Positions 12,983 to 25,140 of a DNA stretch of 64,000 bases are shown here, in pieces; position 1 is the stretch's first letter, and every line of letters begins with the position of its first letter. The stretch lies in assembly GCF_053078305.1 (NCBI RefSeq), contig NZ_CP166879.1; one strand, written 5' to 3'. A program made the translations under genes and the position numbers. The notes under the pieces are model-generated. The model was not told the DNA's origin and did not search any database. It was given only the letters and a program-made list of their open reading frames with translations.

Positions 12983-14056
12983 ATGGCAGAGAAAAAAAGA
13001 ACCCGCTGGCAGCGGCGGCCAGGCACGACGGGCGGCAAATTACCGTGGAATGACTGGCGCAATGCCACGACCTGGCGTAAAGCGACGCAATTCTTACTAT
13101 TGGCAATGAATATTTATATTGCCATCACGTTCTGGTATTGGGTGCGCTATTACGAAACGGCAGGTAGTACGACATTTGTCGCCAGACCGGGAGGTATCGA
13201 AGGCTGGCTACCGATTGCCGGTCTGATGAATCTGAAATATAGCCTTGCAACAGGTCAGTTACCGTCCGTCCACGCCGCCGCAATGCTGTTATTGGTCGCT
13301 TTTATCGTCATCAGTCTATTACTCAAAAAGGCCTTTTGTTCATGGTTATGCCCGGTTGGTACGCTTTCTGAATTAATCGGCGCTCTCGGTAACAAACTTT
13401 TTGGTCGGCAATTTGTCCTTCCCCGCTGGCTGGATATTCCTCTGCGCGGTGTAAAGTATTTGCTGTTGAGTTTTTTTCTCTATATCGCGTTATTGATGCC
13501 CGCTCAGGCGATTCACTATTTTATGTTGTCGCCCTACAGCGTGGTGATGGACGTTAAAATGCTCGATTTCTTTCGTTATATGGGGACCGCGACATTAATC
13601 AGCGTGACCGTTTTGCTGATTGCCAGCCTGTTTATTCGCCATGCCTGGTGTCGTTATCTTTGCCCATATGGCGCGCTGATGGGCGTGGTTTCGCTATTGT
13701 CGCCGTTTAAGATTCGTCGCAATGCCGAAAGTTGTATCGACTGTGGCAAATGCGCAAAAAATTGCCCATCACGGATCCCGGTCGATAAATTAATTCAGGT
13801 ACGAACAGTGGAATGTACCGGCTGTATGACTTGCGTAGAGTCATGTCCGGTAGCCTCAACATTGACCTTTTCACTGCAAAAACCTGCGGCAAATAAAAAA
13901 GCCTTTGCGTTGTCTGGCTGGTTAATGACGCTACTGGTTCTGGGGATTATGTTTGCGGTGATTGGTTACGCAATGTATGCGGGAGTATGGCAAAGCCCGG
14001 TGCCGGAGGAATTGTACCGACGCTTAATTCCGCAAGCGCCAATGATTGGTCACTAA
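12983..14056 (+). CDS. yccM: membrane 4Fe-4S ferredoxin-like protein YccM
   Basis: 357 aa MAEKKRTRWQRRPG..., multiple TM segments and CxxCxxCxxxCP motifs. Confidence 0.9.
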   Translation: MAEKKRTRWQRRPGTTGGKLPWNDWRNATTWRKATQFLLLAMNIYIAITFWYWVRYYETAGSTTFVARPGGIEGWLPIAGLMNLKYSLATGQLPSVHAAAMLLLVAFIVISLLLKKAFCSWLCPVGTLSELIGALGNKLFGRQFVLPRWLDIPLRGVKYLLLSFFLYIALLMPAQAIHYFMLSPYSVVMDVKMLDFFRYMGTATLISVTVLLIASLFIRHAWCRYLCPYGALMGVVSLLSPFKIRRNAESCIDCGKCAKNCPSRIPVDKLIQVRTVECTGCMTCVESCPVASTLTFSLQKPAANKKAFALSGWLMTLLVLGIMFAVIGYAMYAGVWQSPVPEELYRRLIPQAPMIGH

Positions 14057-14104
14057 ATTAGCAACAAGCGGAACATCACCTCGCACGGGGTGATGTTCAC
14101 AAAA

Positions 14105-14278
14105 TCACATTATTTTGATTTTGACATCATAACTTTCAAGCCCGGTCATTTTTTCTCGCGCGGTGAAGCGAATTTCAGAGACTTCTTTCCCTGTATTCTT
14201 GTTCAGCTCGGCGATTTTTTGCGCGATAAAGTCGGCGATTTCCGTTTCGGCTTGTTTTTTTAACTCTTCAATATTCAC
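14105..14278 (-). CDS. gnsA: GnsA (57 aa)
   Basis: Hand translation of minus strand: VNIEELKKQAETEIADFIAQKIAELNKNTGKEVSEIRFTAREKMTGLESYDVKIKIM; GTG start; below track size cutoff; coordinates approximate. Confidence 0.8.
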   Translation of the reverse strand: MNIEELKKQAETEIADFIAQKIAELNKNTGKEVSEIRFTAREKMTGLESYDVKIKIM

Positions 14279-14498
14279 TGTTAACCTCTTCTGGTCTTAA
14301 AAGACAGCAACACGCCAGTAAGGTGTTGGTTCCCGGTACCCTGGTCAGGTAAGAAATGTTATAAGCCATCTCCCCGAAAGATTCAATAATCAACAGGTTA
14401 TCGCTTACTATACATACAGCGTTGAAAAAAAATAAGACAGATATAAAAAAGGCTCCACGAGGGAGCCTGATATTATTTTGTGAAATCCAGCGGTGCAT
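14268..14498 (-). CDS. ymcE: small cold-shock-cluster protein YmcE (76 aa)
   Basis: Track ORF 14268..14531; internal Met gives MHRWISQNNIRLPRGAFFISVLFFFNAV..., overlapping gnsA start as in K-12. Confidence 0.65.
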   Translation of the reverse strand: MHRWISQNNIRLPRGAFFISVLFFFNAVCIVSDNLLIIESFGEMAYNISYLTRVPGTNTLLACCCLLRPEEVNSEY

Positions 14499-14671
14499 GG
14501 TCAGTGCGTATTTGTAGCGCGACGTTATCAAAGGTGATCATCGTCGATTTACAAAAAATACACTTAGCGCCCAAAGGGTTTCGCTCCGTCACATCGAATG
14601 CCGATGTGCGGTACTGTGAACCATGACAACATGGACAGCGAAAATGGAGATGTTGAGTAATAACGGCAACC

Positions 14672-14884
14672 TTAGAGCGTAACTACGTTCGCTGCCGCGG
14701 GGCCACGTTGCCCCTGCTCAATAGAAAATTCAACTTTCTGATTTTCGTTCAGCGTGCGGAATTCATTGCTCTGGATGGCGGTGAAATGGACGAAAACGTC
14801 TTTGCTGCCATCATCAGGAGTGATAAAGCCAAAACCTTTATCTGCGTTAAACCATTTTACTAAACCAGTCATTTTATTAGACAT
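14672..14884 (-). CDS. cspG: cold shock protein CspG
   Basis: 70 aa [34 protein letters not shown]. Confidence 0.95.
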   Translation of the reverse strand: MSNKMTGLVKWFNADKGFGFITPDDGSKDVFVHFTAIQSNEFRTLNENQKVEFSIEQGQRGPAAANVVTL

Positions 14885-15169
14885 ATTTTACTTCCTTCAT
14901 TTTGGGCCTTTCGGCAAACAGGGCTTTAATACAGAAACTACTTAGTGTTCAGGAGAGAGACTCAAAAGAAGGGGATAATGCCTGATAATGAGAACTGCTT
15001 TAGTAAACTACTTTGTATGCTGTCTGTCTTTCAAACCGACGCAGCTATTAACGCATGATAATTGAGATTAAGCAAATTTTATTTTAGCCGTCCGGCGGTC
15101 TTAAATATCGCTGGCTTTATTTTATTAACCCCGTATAGTGCAGCGCAGTATTTTCAGTAAGGAATTTGT

Positions 15170-15382
15170 TTGTCCCGTAAAATGACAGGAATTGTCAAAA
15201 CCTTTGATCGCAAAAGCGGCAAAGGATTCATTATCCCCTCCGACGGTCGTAAAGAAGTCCAGGTCCATATTTCCGCATTCACTCCCCGCGACGCAGAAGT
15301 GCTTATACCAGGATTACGCGTGGAATTTTGCCGCGTAAATGGCCTGCGAGGACCAACAGCGGCAAATGTTTATCTCTCTTAA
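15170..15382 (+). CDS. cspH: cold-shock-like protein CspH
   Basis: 70 aa [37 protein letters not shown]. Confidence 0.93.
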
Positions 15383-15823
15383 TATGACGCTGCTTGTTTA
15401 AAGCTGACTGGTTTTATTGGCATAGTTCAATAGTCAACACCATGTATTATAACACAAGTTACTTTTTCACCGGAAAACTAATCCATTTAACCGAATATCT
15501 CTACAACTAATAGTTATAAATGCCACTTAACAGCGAGTTATAGTACCACTTGAAACTATATTGCCAACAATAGTTAATAGCTTTCTTAACAATTTTCTTA
15601 TCTTTAATTTGTATTTTGCTAAGATTTATCTTATGCTCACAAGTCGTATTTCCAGAGGGAAATCGTTAACAATCTTATATTTCCCTCTGCGCGCCTTTCC
15701 CACCCGCAGTATATAGTGCTGGCGGTATGAGGAAAGGGAGATTTCACAAGGATGTTATACTCAAAGTAGATAATCCTGATCTCAAGCGTACGTATTGTCC
15801 ATGCGATGAATAAAGGAAAAGTT

Positions 15824-16129
15824 ATGAAACACAAGCTTTCTGCAATCCTTATGGCCTTCATGTTGACGACGCCAGCTGCATTTGCTGCCCCTGAAGCAGC
15901 AAACGGGACCGAGGCAACGACGGGTACTACTGGCACCACAACGACCACTACAGGTGCAACTACGACTGCTGCTACCACTGGTGGCGTGGCTGCTGGCGCT
16001 GTCGGCACGGCGACGGTTGTCGGTGTGGCAACGGCTGTTGGTGTGGCGACGTTGGCAGTTGTTGCAGCAAATGACAGTGGCGATGGCGGTTCTCATAACA
16101 CCTCAACCACCACGTCCACTACACGCTAA
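15824..16129 (+). CDS. gfcA: threonine-rich small protein GfcA
   Basis: 101 aa from MKHKLSAILMAFMLTTPAAFA, then a Thr/Gly/Ala-rich low-complexity tail. Confidence 0.85.
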   Translation: MKHKLSAILMAFMLTTPAAFAAPEAANGTEATTGTTGTTTTTTGATTTAATTGGVAAGAVGTATVVGVATAVGVATLAVVAANDSGDGGSHNTSTTTSTTR

Positions 16130-16235
16130 TACTGCTTTAACGCGTCGAAATTAAAGTTAAATGATACCCGGTTGCGATATTCGTACCGGGCTTTAGAGAT
16201 TTGCATTTTTTTAATTAACCTTTCAAGGATTAAAG

Positions 16236-16880
16236 GTGCGCCCTCTTATTTTATCGATTTTCGCACTATTTCTTGCGGGATGTACGCACAGCCAGCAAAG
16301 TATGGTCGATACATTTCGCGCCAGCCTTTTCGATAATCAGGATATCACCGTAGCGGATCAGCAGATCCAGGCGTTGCCTTATTCCACGATGTATTTACGC
16401 CTTAATGAAGGGCAACGAATCTTTGTGGTACTGGGATATATAGAACAAGAACAAAGCAAATGGTTATCCCAGGATAACGCCATGCTAGTTACCCACAATG
16501 GACGTCTTTTAAAGACCGTCAAACTTAATAATAATCTGCTGGAAGTGACAAATTCCGGGCAGGACCCTCTGCGTAACGCGCTGGCAATAAAAGACGGCAG
16601 CCGCTGGACGCGCGATATTCTCTGGAGTGAAGACAACCATTTTCGCTCTGCGACCCTGAGTTCCACTTTTTCCTTTGCTGGATTAGAGACGCTGCATATT
16701 GCGGGTCGCGATGTGCTGTGTAATGTCTGGCAGGAAGAGGTGACTTCCACGCTACCAGAAAAACAGTGGCAAAACACATTCTGGGTCGATTCGGCTACTG
16801 GCCAGGTTCGTCAAAGTCGGCAAATGTTAGGCGCAGGGGTTATTCCCGTAGAAATGACGTTTCTTAAACCCGCACCATGA
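16236..16880 (+). CDS. gfcB: lipoprotein GfcB
   Basis: 214 aa, lipobox LFLAGC; operon with gfcA/C/D/E. Confidence 0.88.
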   Translation: MRPLILSIFALFLAGCTHSQQSMVDTFRASLFDNQDITVADQQIQALPYSTMYLRLNEGQRIFVVLGYIEQEQSKWLSQDNAMLVTHNGRLLKTVKLNNNLLEVTNSGQDPLRNALAIKDGSRWTRDILWSEDNHFRSATLSSTFSFAGLETLHIAGRDVLCNVWQEEVTSTLPEKQWQNTFWVDSATGQVRQSRQMLGAGVIPVEMTFLKPAP

Positions 16881-17623
16881 ATAAATTACAGTCGTATTTC
16901 ATTGCCAGCGTACTTTACGTAATGACACCCCATGCCTTTGCGCAAGGAACGGTGACTATTTATCTGCCTGGCGAACAACAGACACTTTCCGTTGGCCCCG
17001 TGGAGAATGTTGCCCAGTTGGTGACACAACCGCAACTGCGCGATCGCCTCTGGTGGCCTGGTGCCCTGCTGACCGACTCCGCGGTGAAAGCTAAAGCGCT
17101 TAAAGACTACCAACATGTCATGGCACAGCTTGCTTCCTGGGAAGCAGAAGCTGACGACGATGTGGCGGCAACGATTAAATCCGTGCGCCAGCAGTTACTC
17201 AATCTCAATATCACTGGTCGCTTACCGGTCAAACTGGACCCTGATTTTGTACGAGTGGATGAGAACAGCAATCCCCCGCTGGTCGGGGACTATACGCTCT
17301 ATACCGTACAGCGTCCGGTGACTATTACTCTGCTGGGTGCGGTTTCTGGGGCTGGGCAATTGCCCTGGCAGGCAGGCCGTAGCGTTACCGATTATCTGCA
17401 AGATCACCCCCGTCTTGCAGGCGCGGACAAGAATAACGTTATGGTGATTACGCCTGAGGGTGAGACTGTCGTCGCCCCTGTTGCCCTGTGGAATAAAAGA
17501 CATGTGGAACCACCGCCTGGCAGCCAGCTTTGGTTAGGCTTTTCTGCGCATGTACTGCCCGAAAAATATGCTGATTTAAATGACCAGATTGTGTCTGTTT
17601 TAACGCAACGTGTTCCTGACTGA
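16877..17623 (+). CDS. gfcC: periplasmic protein GfcC
   Basis: 248 aa with signal peptide; overlaps gfcB stop. Confidence 0.88.
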   Translation: MNKLQSYFIASVLYVMTPHAFAQGTVTIYLPGEQQTLSVGPVENVAQLVTQPQLRDRLWWPGALLTDSAVKAKALKDYQHVMAQLASWEAEADDDVAATIKSVRQQLLNLNITGRLPVKLDPDFVRVDENSNPPLVGDYTLYTVQRPVTITLLGAVSGAGQLPWQAGRSVTDYLQDHPRLAGADKNNVMVITPEGETVVAPVALWNKRHVEPPPGSQLWLGFSAHVLPEKYADLNDQIVSVLTQRVPD

Positions 17624-19719
17624 TGAAGAAGAATTCTTATCTTTTAAGCTGCCTGGCCATTGCCGTCTCCAGTGCCTGTCATGCTGAAGTATTAACCTAC
17701 CCGGATCCGCTGGGTTCGTCGCAATCGGACTTTGGCGGCACAGGATTGTTGCAGATGCCAAATGCACGCATCGCACCGGAGGGTGAATTCAGCGTCAACT
17801 ACCGGGATAACGATCAATACCGTTTCTACTCCACGTCCGTGGCGCTGTTCCCATGGCTGGAAGGCACCATTCGTTATACGGATGTGCGCACACGCAAATA
17901 TAGCCAGTGGGAAGATTTCAGCGGCGATCAGTCATACAAAGACAAATCTTTCGATTTTAAACTTCGCTTGTGGGAAGAAGGTTACTGGCTACCGCAAGTG
18001 GCGTTTGGTAAACGTGATATTGCTGGTACGGGTCTGTTTGACGGTGAGTATCTGGTGGCCAGCAAGCAAGCGGGGCCATTTGATTTCACCCTCGGGATGG
18101 CATGGGGCTACGCCGGTAATGCGGGCAATATTACCAACCCGTTTTGCCGGGTGAGCGATAAATATTGTCATCGCGCAGAGTCTCACGATGCGGGCGATAT
18201 CAGCTTTAGCGATATCTTTCGTGGCCCGGCCTCCATCTTTGGCGGCATTGAGTATCAAACGCCGTGGAATCCCCTGCGTCTGAAACTCGAATACGACGGC
18301 AACAATTACCAGAATGATTTCGCTGGCAAACTACCTCAGGCAAGCCATTTCAACGTCGGTGCAGTTTATCGCGCTGCCAGCTGGGCAGACCTCAACCTGA
18401 GTTATGAACGCGGTAACACGTTGATGTTTGGTTTCACTTTACGGACCAATTTCAACGATCTGCGCCCTGCCCTGCGCGATACGCCAAAACCGGCATATCA
18501 ACCTGCGCCTGAATCTGAAGGATTGCAGTACACCACGGTAGCAAACCAACTTACCGCCCTGAAGTATAACGCGGGCTTTGACGCGCCAGAAATTCAGCTA
18601 CGCGATAAGACGCTGTATATGTCTGGTCAGCAATACAAATACCGTGACTCTCGTGAAGCGGTCGATCGTGCCAACCGGATTCTGGTGAATAACCTGCCGC
18701 AAGGCGTTGAGAAGATTAGCGTGACGCAAAAGCGCGAGCATATGGCGATGGTGACTACCGAAACCGACGTAGCCAGCCTGCGCAAACAGCTGGCAGGTAC
18801 AGCGCCTGGTCAATCAGAGCCACTGCAACAACAACGTGTTGAAGCTGAAGATCTTTCTGCCTTTGGTCGGGGCTACCGTATTCGTGAAGATCGCTTTAGC
18901 TACTCTTTCAACCCAACACTTTCACAATCGCTGGGCGGCCCGGAAGATTTCTATATGTTCCAGTTGGGGCTGATGTCCAGCGCCCGCTACTGGTTTACTG
19001 ACCACCTGCTGCTTGATGGCGGTATTTTCACCAATATTTACAATAACTACGACAAGTTTAAGTCTTCGCTATTACCCGCGGACTCTACCCTGCCCCGCGT
19101 GCGCACGCATATCCGTGATTACGTTCGCAATGACGTTTATCTCAACAACTTGCAGGCGAACTACTTTGCCGACTTAGGCAATGGTTTCTATGGCCAGGTG
19201 TATGGCGGTTATCTGGAAACGATGTACGCCGGTGTCGGTTCCGAGCTGCTTTATCGCCCGCTAGATGCCAGCTGGGCGCTGGGTGTGGACGTTAACTACG
19301 TGAAGCAACGTGACTGGGACAACATGATGCGCTTCACCGATTATTCCACACCCACAGGTTTCGTGACGGCTTACTGGAACCCGCCGACGCTCAATGGCGT
19401 ACTGATGAAACTTAGCGTTGGGCAATATCTGGCAAAAGATAAAGGCGCAACGATCGACGTCGCCAAACGCTTTGACAGCGGCGTGGCGGTAGGGGTATGG
19501 GCGGCAATCAGTAACGTATCTAAAGATGACTACGGCGAAGGCGGCTTTAGTAAAGGTTTTTATATCTCGATTCCGTTCGACTTGATGACCATTGGACCTA
19601 ACCGCAACCGCGCGGTGGTTTCGTGGACACCATTGACGCGTGATGGTGGACAAATGCTGTCACGCAAATACCAGCTCTATCCAATGACGGCAGAGCGAGA
19701 AGTACCGGTTGGACAATAA
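17623..19719 (+). CDS. gfcD: outer-membrane protein GfcD
   Basis: 698 aa, signal peptide [21 protein letters not shown]. Confidence 0.88.
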   Translation: MKKNSYLLSCLAIAVSSACHAEVLTYPDPLGSSQSDFGGTGLLQMPNARIAPEGEFSVNYRDNDQYRFYSTSVALFPWLEGTIRYTDVRTRKYSQWEDFSGDQSYKDKSFDFKLRLWEEGYWLPQVAFGKRDIAGTGLFDGEYLVASKQAGPFDFTLGMAWGYAGNAGNITNPFCRVSDKYCHRAESHDAGDISFSDIFRGPASIFGGIEYQTPWNPLRLKLEYDGNNYQNDFAGKLPQASHFNVGAVYRAASWADLNLSYERGNTLMFGFTLRTNFNDLRPALRDTPKPAYQPAPESEGLQYTTVANQLTALKYNAGFDAPEIQLRDKTLYMSGQQYKYRDSREAVDRANRILVNNLPQGVEKISVTQKREHMAMVTTETDVASLRKQLAGTAPGQSEPLQQQRVEAEDLSAFGRGYRIREDRFSYSFNPTLSQSLGGPEDFYMFQLGLMSSARYWFTDHLLLDGGIFTNIYNNYDKFKSSLLPADSTLPRVRTHIRDYVRNDVYLNNLQANYFADLGNGFYGQVYGGYLETMYAGVGSELLYRPLDASWALGVDVNYVKQRDWDNMMRFTDYSTPTGFVTAYWNPPTLNGVLMKLSVGQYLAKDKGATIDVAKRFDSGVAVGVWAAISNVSKDDYGEGGFSKGFYISIPFDLMTIGPNRNRAVVSWTPLTRDGGQMLSRKYQLYPMTAEREVPVGQ

Positions 19720-19764
19720 CCTGACGTAATTCATAACATTACATTGACTGATAAATATAAACCA

Positions 19765-20904
19765 ATGAAAAAGAACATTTTTAAGTTTTCGGTACTGACA
19801 TTGGCTGTTCTGTCTTTGACAGCATGTACCCTTGTTCCTGGTCAGAATTTATCGACCAGTAACAAGGATGTCATTGAACTACCTGACAATCAGTATGACC
19901 TGGACAAAATGGTCAATATCTATCCCGTCACGCCAGGATTGATTGATCAGTTGCGCGCCAAACCGATTATGTCGCAGGCTAACCCGGAGCTGGAGCAGCA
20001 AATCGCGAACTATGAATATCGTATCGGCATTGGTGATGTGTTGATGGTTACGGTCTGGGATCACCCGGAACTAACCACCCCCGCAGGGCAATACCGTAGC
20101 GCCAGTGATACCGGCAACTGGGTTAACGCCGATGGTGCGATTTTCTACCCCTATATTGGTCGCCTGAAAGTGGCCGGGAAAACACTTACCCAGGTACGCA
20201 ACGAGATTACAGCGCGTCTGGATTCAGTCATTGAAAGCCCGCAGGTCGATGTCAGCGTCGCGGCGTTCCGATCGCAAAAAGCGTACGTCACCGGCGAAGT
20301 CAGCAAATCGGGTCAGCAGCCGATTACCAATATTCCTCTGACCATCATGGATGCGATTAACGCCGCGGGCGGTCTGACCGCAGATGCAGACTGGCGCAAT
20401 GTGGTGCTCACCCAGAATGGCGTAAAGACCAAAGTGAACCTCTATGCGCTGATGCAGCGTGGCGACTTGCGCCAGAACAAACTGCTGCACCCGGGCGATA
20501 TTTTATTTATTCCGCGCAACGATGATCTGAAAGTCTTCGTGATGGGTGAAGTGGGTAAACAGAGCACGCTGAAAATGGACCGCAGCGGTATGACCCTGGC
20601 GGAAGCGCTGGGTAACGCTGAGGGTATGAATCAGGATGTCGCTGATGCGACGGGGATTTTTGTTATTCGTGCAACGCAAAACAAGCAGAATGGCAAAATC
20701 GCCAATATTTATCAGCTGAATGCGAAGGACGCATCGGCAATGATACTCGGAACGGAATTCCAGCTTGAACCTTACGACATTGTTTATGTCACTACCGCGC
20801 CGCTGGCTCGTTGGAACCGTGTGATTTCCCTGCTGGTACCGACGATTTCCGGGGTGCATGACCTGACAGAGACTTCACGGTGGATTCAAACATGGCCCAA
20901 CTAA
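19765..20904 (+). CDS. gfcE: Wza-like polysaccharide export lipoprotein GfcE
   Basis: 379 aa from [21 protein letters not shown] (lipobox); track ORF starts 7 codons upstream. Confidence 0.9.
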
Positions 20905-21338
20905 AATTTAACTCAATCCTGGTGGTTTGTACCGGCAACATTTGCCGTTCGCCCATTGGCGAGCGCTTGCTGCGTAAACGTCTGCCAGGCGTAAAAGTCA
21001 AATCGGCAGGTGTTCATGGTCTGGTAAAACACCCTGCAGATGCGACAGCAGCAGATGTTGCCGCTAATCATGGCGTATCTCTTGAAGGACATGCCGGACG
21101 TAAGCTCACTGCTGAGATGGCACGAAATTACGATCTGATTCTGGCAATGGAGTCGGAACATATTGCTCAGGTTACCGCAATCGCTCCCGAGGTCCGCGGG
21201 AAGACAATGCTGTTTGGGCAATGGCTGGAACAGAAAGAGATCCCGGATCCCTATCGTAAAAGTCAGGACGCATTTGAACATGTCTACGGTATGTTGGAGC
21301 GCGCCAGTCAGGAATGGGCGAAGCGCCTCAGCCGGTAA
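20892..21338 (+). CDS. etp: low-molecular-weight protein-tyrosine phosphatase Etp
   Basis: 148 aa [27 protein letters not shown] (CX5R P-loop). Confidence 0.92.
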
Positions 21339-21357
21339 TTTGAGTTTATAAAATACG

Positions 21358-23538
21358 ATGACAACTAAAAATATGAATACGCCACCAGGCAGCACTCAGG
21401 AAAATGAGATCGATCTGCTTCGTCTGGTCGGCGAGTTATGGGATCACCGTAAGTTTATTATCAGCGTGACCGCGTTATTCACACTGATCGCTGTCGCTTA
21501 CTCGCTGTTAAGCACGCCAATTTATCAGGCAGATACTCTGGTCCAGGTTGAGCAGAAACAGGGCAACGCCATTCTCAGCGGCCTGAGCGATATGATCCCT
21601 AACTCATCGCCCGAGTCTGCACCGGAGATCCAACTGCTGCAATCGCGCATGATTCTTGGTAAAACCATTGCTGAACTGAATCTGCGCGACATGGTTGAGC
21701 AGAAGTATTTTCCGATTGTGGGTCGCGGCTGGGCGAGATTAACCAAAGAGAAACCAGGTGAGCTGGCGATCAGCTGGATGCATATTCCACAACTGAATGG
21801 TCAGGATCAGCAACTGACACTCACGGTTGGGGAAAACGGCCACTATACGCTGGAAGGTGAAGAGTTCACCGTCAATGGTATGGTCGGCCAGCGTCTGGAA
21901 AAAGATGGCGTTGCGCTGACTATCGCGGACATTAAGGCCAAACCAGGAACACAGTTTGTCCTGAGCCAGCGTACCGAACTGGAAGCGATTAACGCGTTGC
22001 AGGAAACCTTTACCGTTAGCGAACGCAGTAAAGAAAGCGGGATGCTGGAACTTACCATGACTGGTGATGATCCCCAGTTGATTACTCGTATTCTGAACAG
22101 CATCGCTAACAACTATTTGCAACAGAATATCGCTCGCCAGGCGGCGCAGGATTCACAAAGCCTTGAATTCTTACAGCGCCAGTTGCCAGAAGTGCGCAGC
22201 GAGCTGGACCAGGCGGAAGAAAAACTCAACGTTTATCGCCAGCAGCGCGATTCGGTTGACCTTAACCTGGAAGCCAAAGCCGTTCTTGAGCAGATTGTGA
22301 ACGTTGATAATCAACTCAATGAGCTGACCTTCCGCGAGGCAGAGATCTCCCAGCTGTATAAGAAAGATCACCCAACTTATCGTGCGCTGCTGGAAAAACG
22401 CCAGACACTGGAGCAAGAACGCAAACGCCTGAATAAGCGGGTATCGGCAATGCCTTCCACCCAACAGGAAGTGTTGCGTTTAAGTCGTGACGTAGAAGCG
22501 GGCCGTGCGGTATATCTGCAATTACTTAACCGCCAGCAGGAGTTGAGTATTTCGAAATCCAGTGCCATTGGTAACGTGCGGATTATCGACCCGGCAGTCA
22601 CTCAGCCGCAGCCAGTGAAACCGAAAAAAGCGTTGAATGTGGTGCTTGGTTTTATTCTTGGCCTGTTTATTTCGGTGGGTGCCGTGCTGGCGCGTGCGAT
22701 GTTGCGTCGTGGTGTAGAAGCCCCGGAACAACTGGAAGAGCACGGCATCAGCGTTTATGCCACCATCCCGATGTCCGAGTGGCTGGATAAACGTACCCGT
22801 CTGCGTAAGAAAAATTTATTTTCTAATCAGCAGCGCCATCGTACTAAAAATATCCCCTTCCTGGCGGTGGATAACCCGGCGGATTCTGCTGTGGAAGCCG
22901 TACGTGCGCTACGAACCAGTCTGCATTTCGCTATGATGGAGACTGAGAATAACATTCTGATGATCACCGGTGCGACGCCAGACAGTGGTAAAACATTTGT
23001 CAGTTCAACTCTGGCAGCGGTGATCGCCCAGTCCGATCAAAAAGTGTTATTTATTGATGCCGACTTACGCCGTGGTTATTCGCATAACCTGTTTACCGTG
23101 AGTAATGAACATGGCTTGTCGGAATATCTGGCAGGTAAAGATGAGCTCAACAAAGTGATCCAGCATTTTGGCAAAGGAGGCTTTGATGTGATTACTCGCG
23201 GTCAGGTGCCACCTAACCCGTCTGAGCTGCTGATGCGCGATCGGATGCGTCAATTACTGGAATGGGCGAACGACCATTACGATCTGGTGATTGTCGATAC
23301 GCCGCCGATGCTGGCGGTGAGCGATGCTGCGGTCGTGGGGCGCTCTGTCGGCACCAGCCTGCTGGTTGCGCGTTTTGGCCTGAACACCGCCAAAGAGGTG
23401 AGCTTGTCAATGCAGCGTCTGGAACAGGCAGGCGTCAATATTAAAGGCGCTATCCTCAATGGTGTGATTAAACGCGCCAGCACCGCTTACAGTTACGGCT
23501 ATAACTATTACGGTTATAGTTACTCCGAGAAAGAGTAA
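21358..23538 (+). CDS. etk: BY-kinase (protein-tyrosine kinase) Etk
   Basis: 726 aa; Walker A GATPDSGKT; C-terminal Tyr cluster YSYGYNYYGYSY. Confidence 0.93.
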   Translation: MTTKNMNTPPGSTQENEIDLLRLVGELWDHRKFIISVTALFTLIAVAYSLLSTPIYQADTLVQVEQKQGNAILSGLSDMIPNSSPESAPEIQLLQSRMILGKTIAELNLRDMVEQKYFPIVGRGWARLTKEKPGELAISWMHIPQLNGQDQQLTLTVGENGHYTLEGEEFTVNGMVGQRLEKDGVALTIADIKAKPGTQFVLSQRTELEAINALQETFTVSERSKESGMLELTMTGDDPQLITRILNSIANNYLQQNIARQAAQDSQSLEFLQRQLPEVRSELDQAEEKLNVYRQQRDSVDLNLEAKAVLEQIVNVDNQLNELTFREAEISQLYKKDHPTYRALLEKRQTLEQERKRLNKRVSAMPSTQQEVLRLSRDVEAGRAVYLQLLNRQQELSISKSSAIGNVRIIDPAVTQPQPVKPKKALNVVLGFILGLFISVGAVLARAMLRRGVEAPEQLEEHGISVYATIPMSEWLDKRTRLRKKNLFSNQQRHRTKNIPFLAVDNPADSAVEAVRALRTSLHFAMMETENNILMITGATPDSGKTFVSSTLAAVIAQSDQKVLFIDADLRRGYSHNLFTVSNEHGLSEYLAGKDELNKVIQHFGKGGFDVITRGQVPPNPSELLMRDRMRQLLEWANDHYDLVIVDTPPMLAVSDAAVVGRSVGTSLLVARFGLNTAKEVSLSMQRLEQAGVNIKGAILNGVIKRASTAYSYGYNYYGYSYSEKE

Positions 23539-23555
23539 AACTGAAGGTAAAGTGA

Positions 23556-23590
23556 CCGGATGCGGCGTGAACGCCTTTTCCGGTCTACGC
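23556..23590. repeat. REP element downstream of etk
   Basis: CCGGATGCGGCGTGAACGCCTTTTCCGGTCTACG. Confidence 0.6.
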
Positions 23591-23621
23591 ATTAGACAGT
23601 TCTTCGTTTGTCATCAGCCTC

Positions 23622-23652
23622 AGAGCATTCAGGTAGCTGAATGCTCTTTTTT
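23622..23652. terminator. rho-independent terminator between convergent etk and appA
   Basis: AGAGCATTCAG-GTAG-CTGAATGCTCT hairpin followed by TTTTTTAT on the plus strand. Confidence 0.75.
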
Positions 23653-23657
23653 ATACA

Positions 23658-24956
23658 TTACAAACTGCACGCCGGTATGCGTGCTTCATTCACGATTTGC
23701 GTAAAACCGGCCAACGAACACATGCCCTGCGCATTTCGCTCTTCACATCCTGCCAGGGTCAGTTTCACCTCTCCGGGCGGCGTATTTAATGACAGCGGAG
23801 TTTTATCACGCATCTGCTGTAAAGTCTGGAAGACCAGCGAAACCTGAATCCACTGGCTGTTATCGCTTAGCCGACGCCAGCGTTCAAACACCAGTTCACC
23901 ACCTGGCGGCGTGTTATCCGGCTGACCTGGAAGCGTCCAGTTGAGCTCCAGTGCGCCGCCGAGATTTGCCAGATTAGTATCGTGTCCGGCGATAAACAGC
24001 ACTGAAGTGGGTAATGTCACACCATACGCCTGTTTTTGCGGTGGATGGGGCGTCAACGCTGTCATGATCAAATCCAACAACGGGGTGGCGCGGCTGCGGG
24101 CAACCTCTGGCGTGCGTTGTAGTAAATAAAATTGCGCGTTATGCAAACTTAGCAACGTGTTCCACTGGTGTGAATCAGTGATCCTTCCCCACCCCGGCTC
24201 CGGCATTCCCTGTGCCTGTTGCAGGAGAAATATCTCCGTCAGCATTGATGCGAGGCTTACCGCACCGGTTAATGAGACATTGTCGGCGCTCACCTTGAGT
24301 TCCGATGGTAATGCCTGCGTTAATGAACAGCTTTCGTCCTGTTTCTCACGGTTAAGGCACAAGTTTGATTGCGGAAAATTAAGCACCCGTTCCAGTTCGC
24401 GAAACGCCGTTTGCCGATGCCCGGTAAAGTCAGCAATTGACCCTCCTGCCCTGCTGAGGATCGCGTCAGTCACGTTCGCGTTATCCAGTTGGCAAACGCC
24501 AGTTTTTAGAGGATTAAATAACGGATCGGGACTGGACGTATCTGCCTGGGTATGTACGGTTATTGCACAGTCAGGTGCCAGCCCGGCGGCGAAGGCTTCG
24601 CCTGTTTTACGGGTACGCTCGTCGACATCAGCAATAATCGCGACCTGACCAGGCTGCGGGCAGCCCTTTTTCGTCAGCAATCCGTCGGCTACCAGACGCT
24701 GGCGTTGGTAATGTCCGAGATAAGCGATTAGCTCACCACCGCGCGGTGTCAGCCAACCCAGTTTTACCGGCCAGGTTGGCCATGCGTCTGGGGTGACATC
24801 CTGCATCAGTTGCGTGGCCTTGGTTGGTGCACGCACACCATGACGACTGACAATCACCACACTTTCCAGCTTCAGTTCCGGCTCACTCTGAGCGAATGTA
24901 GATTGCGGGGTTAACGGAATCAGAAGAGATAAAAATGGGATCAAGATCGCTTTCAT
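23658..24956 (-). CDS. appA: periplasmic phytase / acid phosphatase AppA
   Basis: 432 aa from MKAILIPFLSLLIPLTPQSTFA; RHGVRAP histidine acid phosphatase motif; track ORF starts 10 codons upstream. Confidence 0.93.
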   Translation of the reverse strand: MKAILIPFLSLLIPLTPQSTFAQSEPELKLESVVIVSRHGVRAPTKATQLMQDVTPDAWPTWPVKLGWLTPRGGELIAYLGHYQRQRLVADGLLTKKGCPQPGQVAIIADVDERTRKTGEAFAAGLAPDCAITVHTQADTSSPDPLFNPLKTGVCQLDNANVTDAILSRAGGSIADFTGHRQTAFRELERVLNFPQSNLCLNREKQDESCSLTQALPSELKVSADNVSLTGAVSLASMLTEIFLLQQAQGMPEPGWGRITDSHQWNTLLSLHNAQFYLLQRTPEVARSRATPLLDLIMTALTPHPPQKQAYGVTLPTSVLFIAGHDTNLANLGGALELNWTLPGQPDNTPPGGELVFERWRRLSDNSQWIQVSLVFQTLQQMRDKTPLSLNTPPGEVKLTLAGCEERNAQGMCSLAGFTQIVNEARIPACSL

Positions 24957-25035
24957 CGATATGTTTCCGCTTTTCAAATCCGACATTATTGATTGTCTGA
25001 TACGACGCTAATGCGCCGCATCAGACTTACGTTCG

Positions 25036-25128
25036 TTAACTTTTCAATCGCGGGTCCAGCCATACCAACACAAGGGTGGAGAGCGAACACATCAACAAAA
25101 TGCCGACGAACCAAAGTAAATACCACAT
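25036..25128 (-). CDS. appX: cytochrome bd-II accessory subunit AppX (30 aa)
   Basis: Hand translation MWYLLWFVGILLMCSLSTLVLVWLDPRLKS between appB and appA; coordinates approximate. Confidence 0.75.
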   Translation of the reverse strand: MWYLLWFVGILLMCSLSTLVLVWLDPRLKS

Positions 25129-25140
25129 TGTTCCTGCTCC

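Noticed and set aside
15637-16096. minus-strand ORFs of 104-123 aa rich in Pro/Val/Ala
   Set aside because: Antisense to the Thr-rich low-complexity region of gfcA
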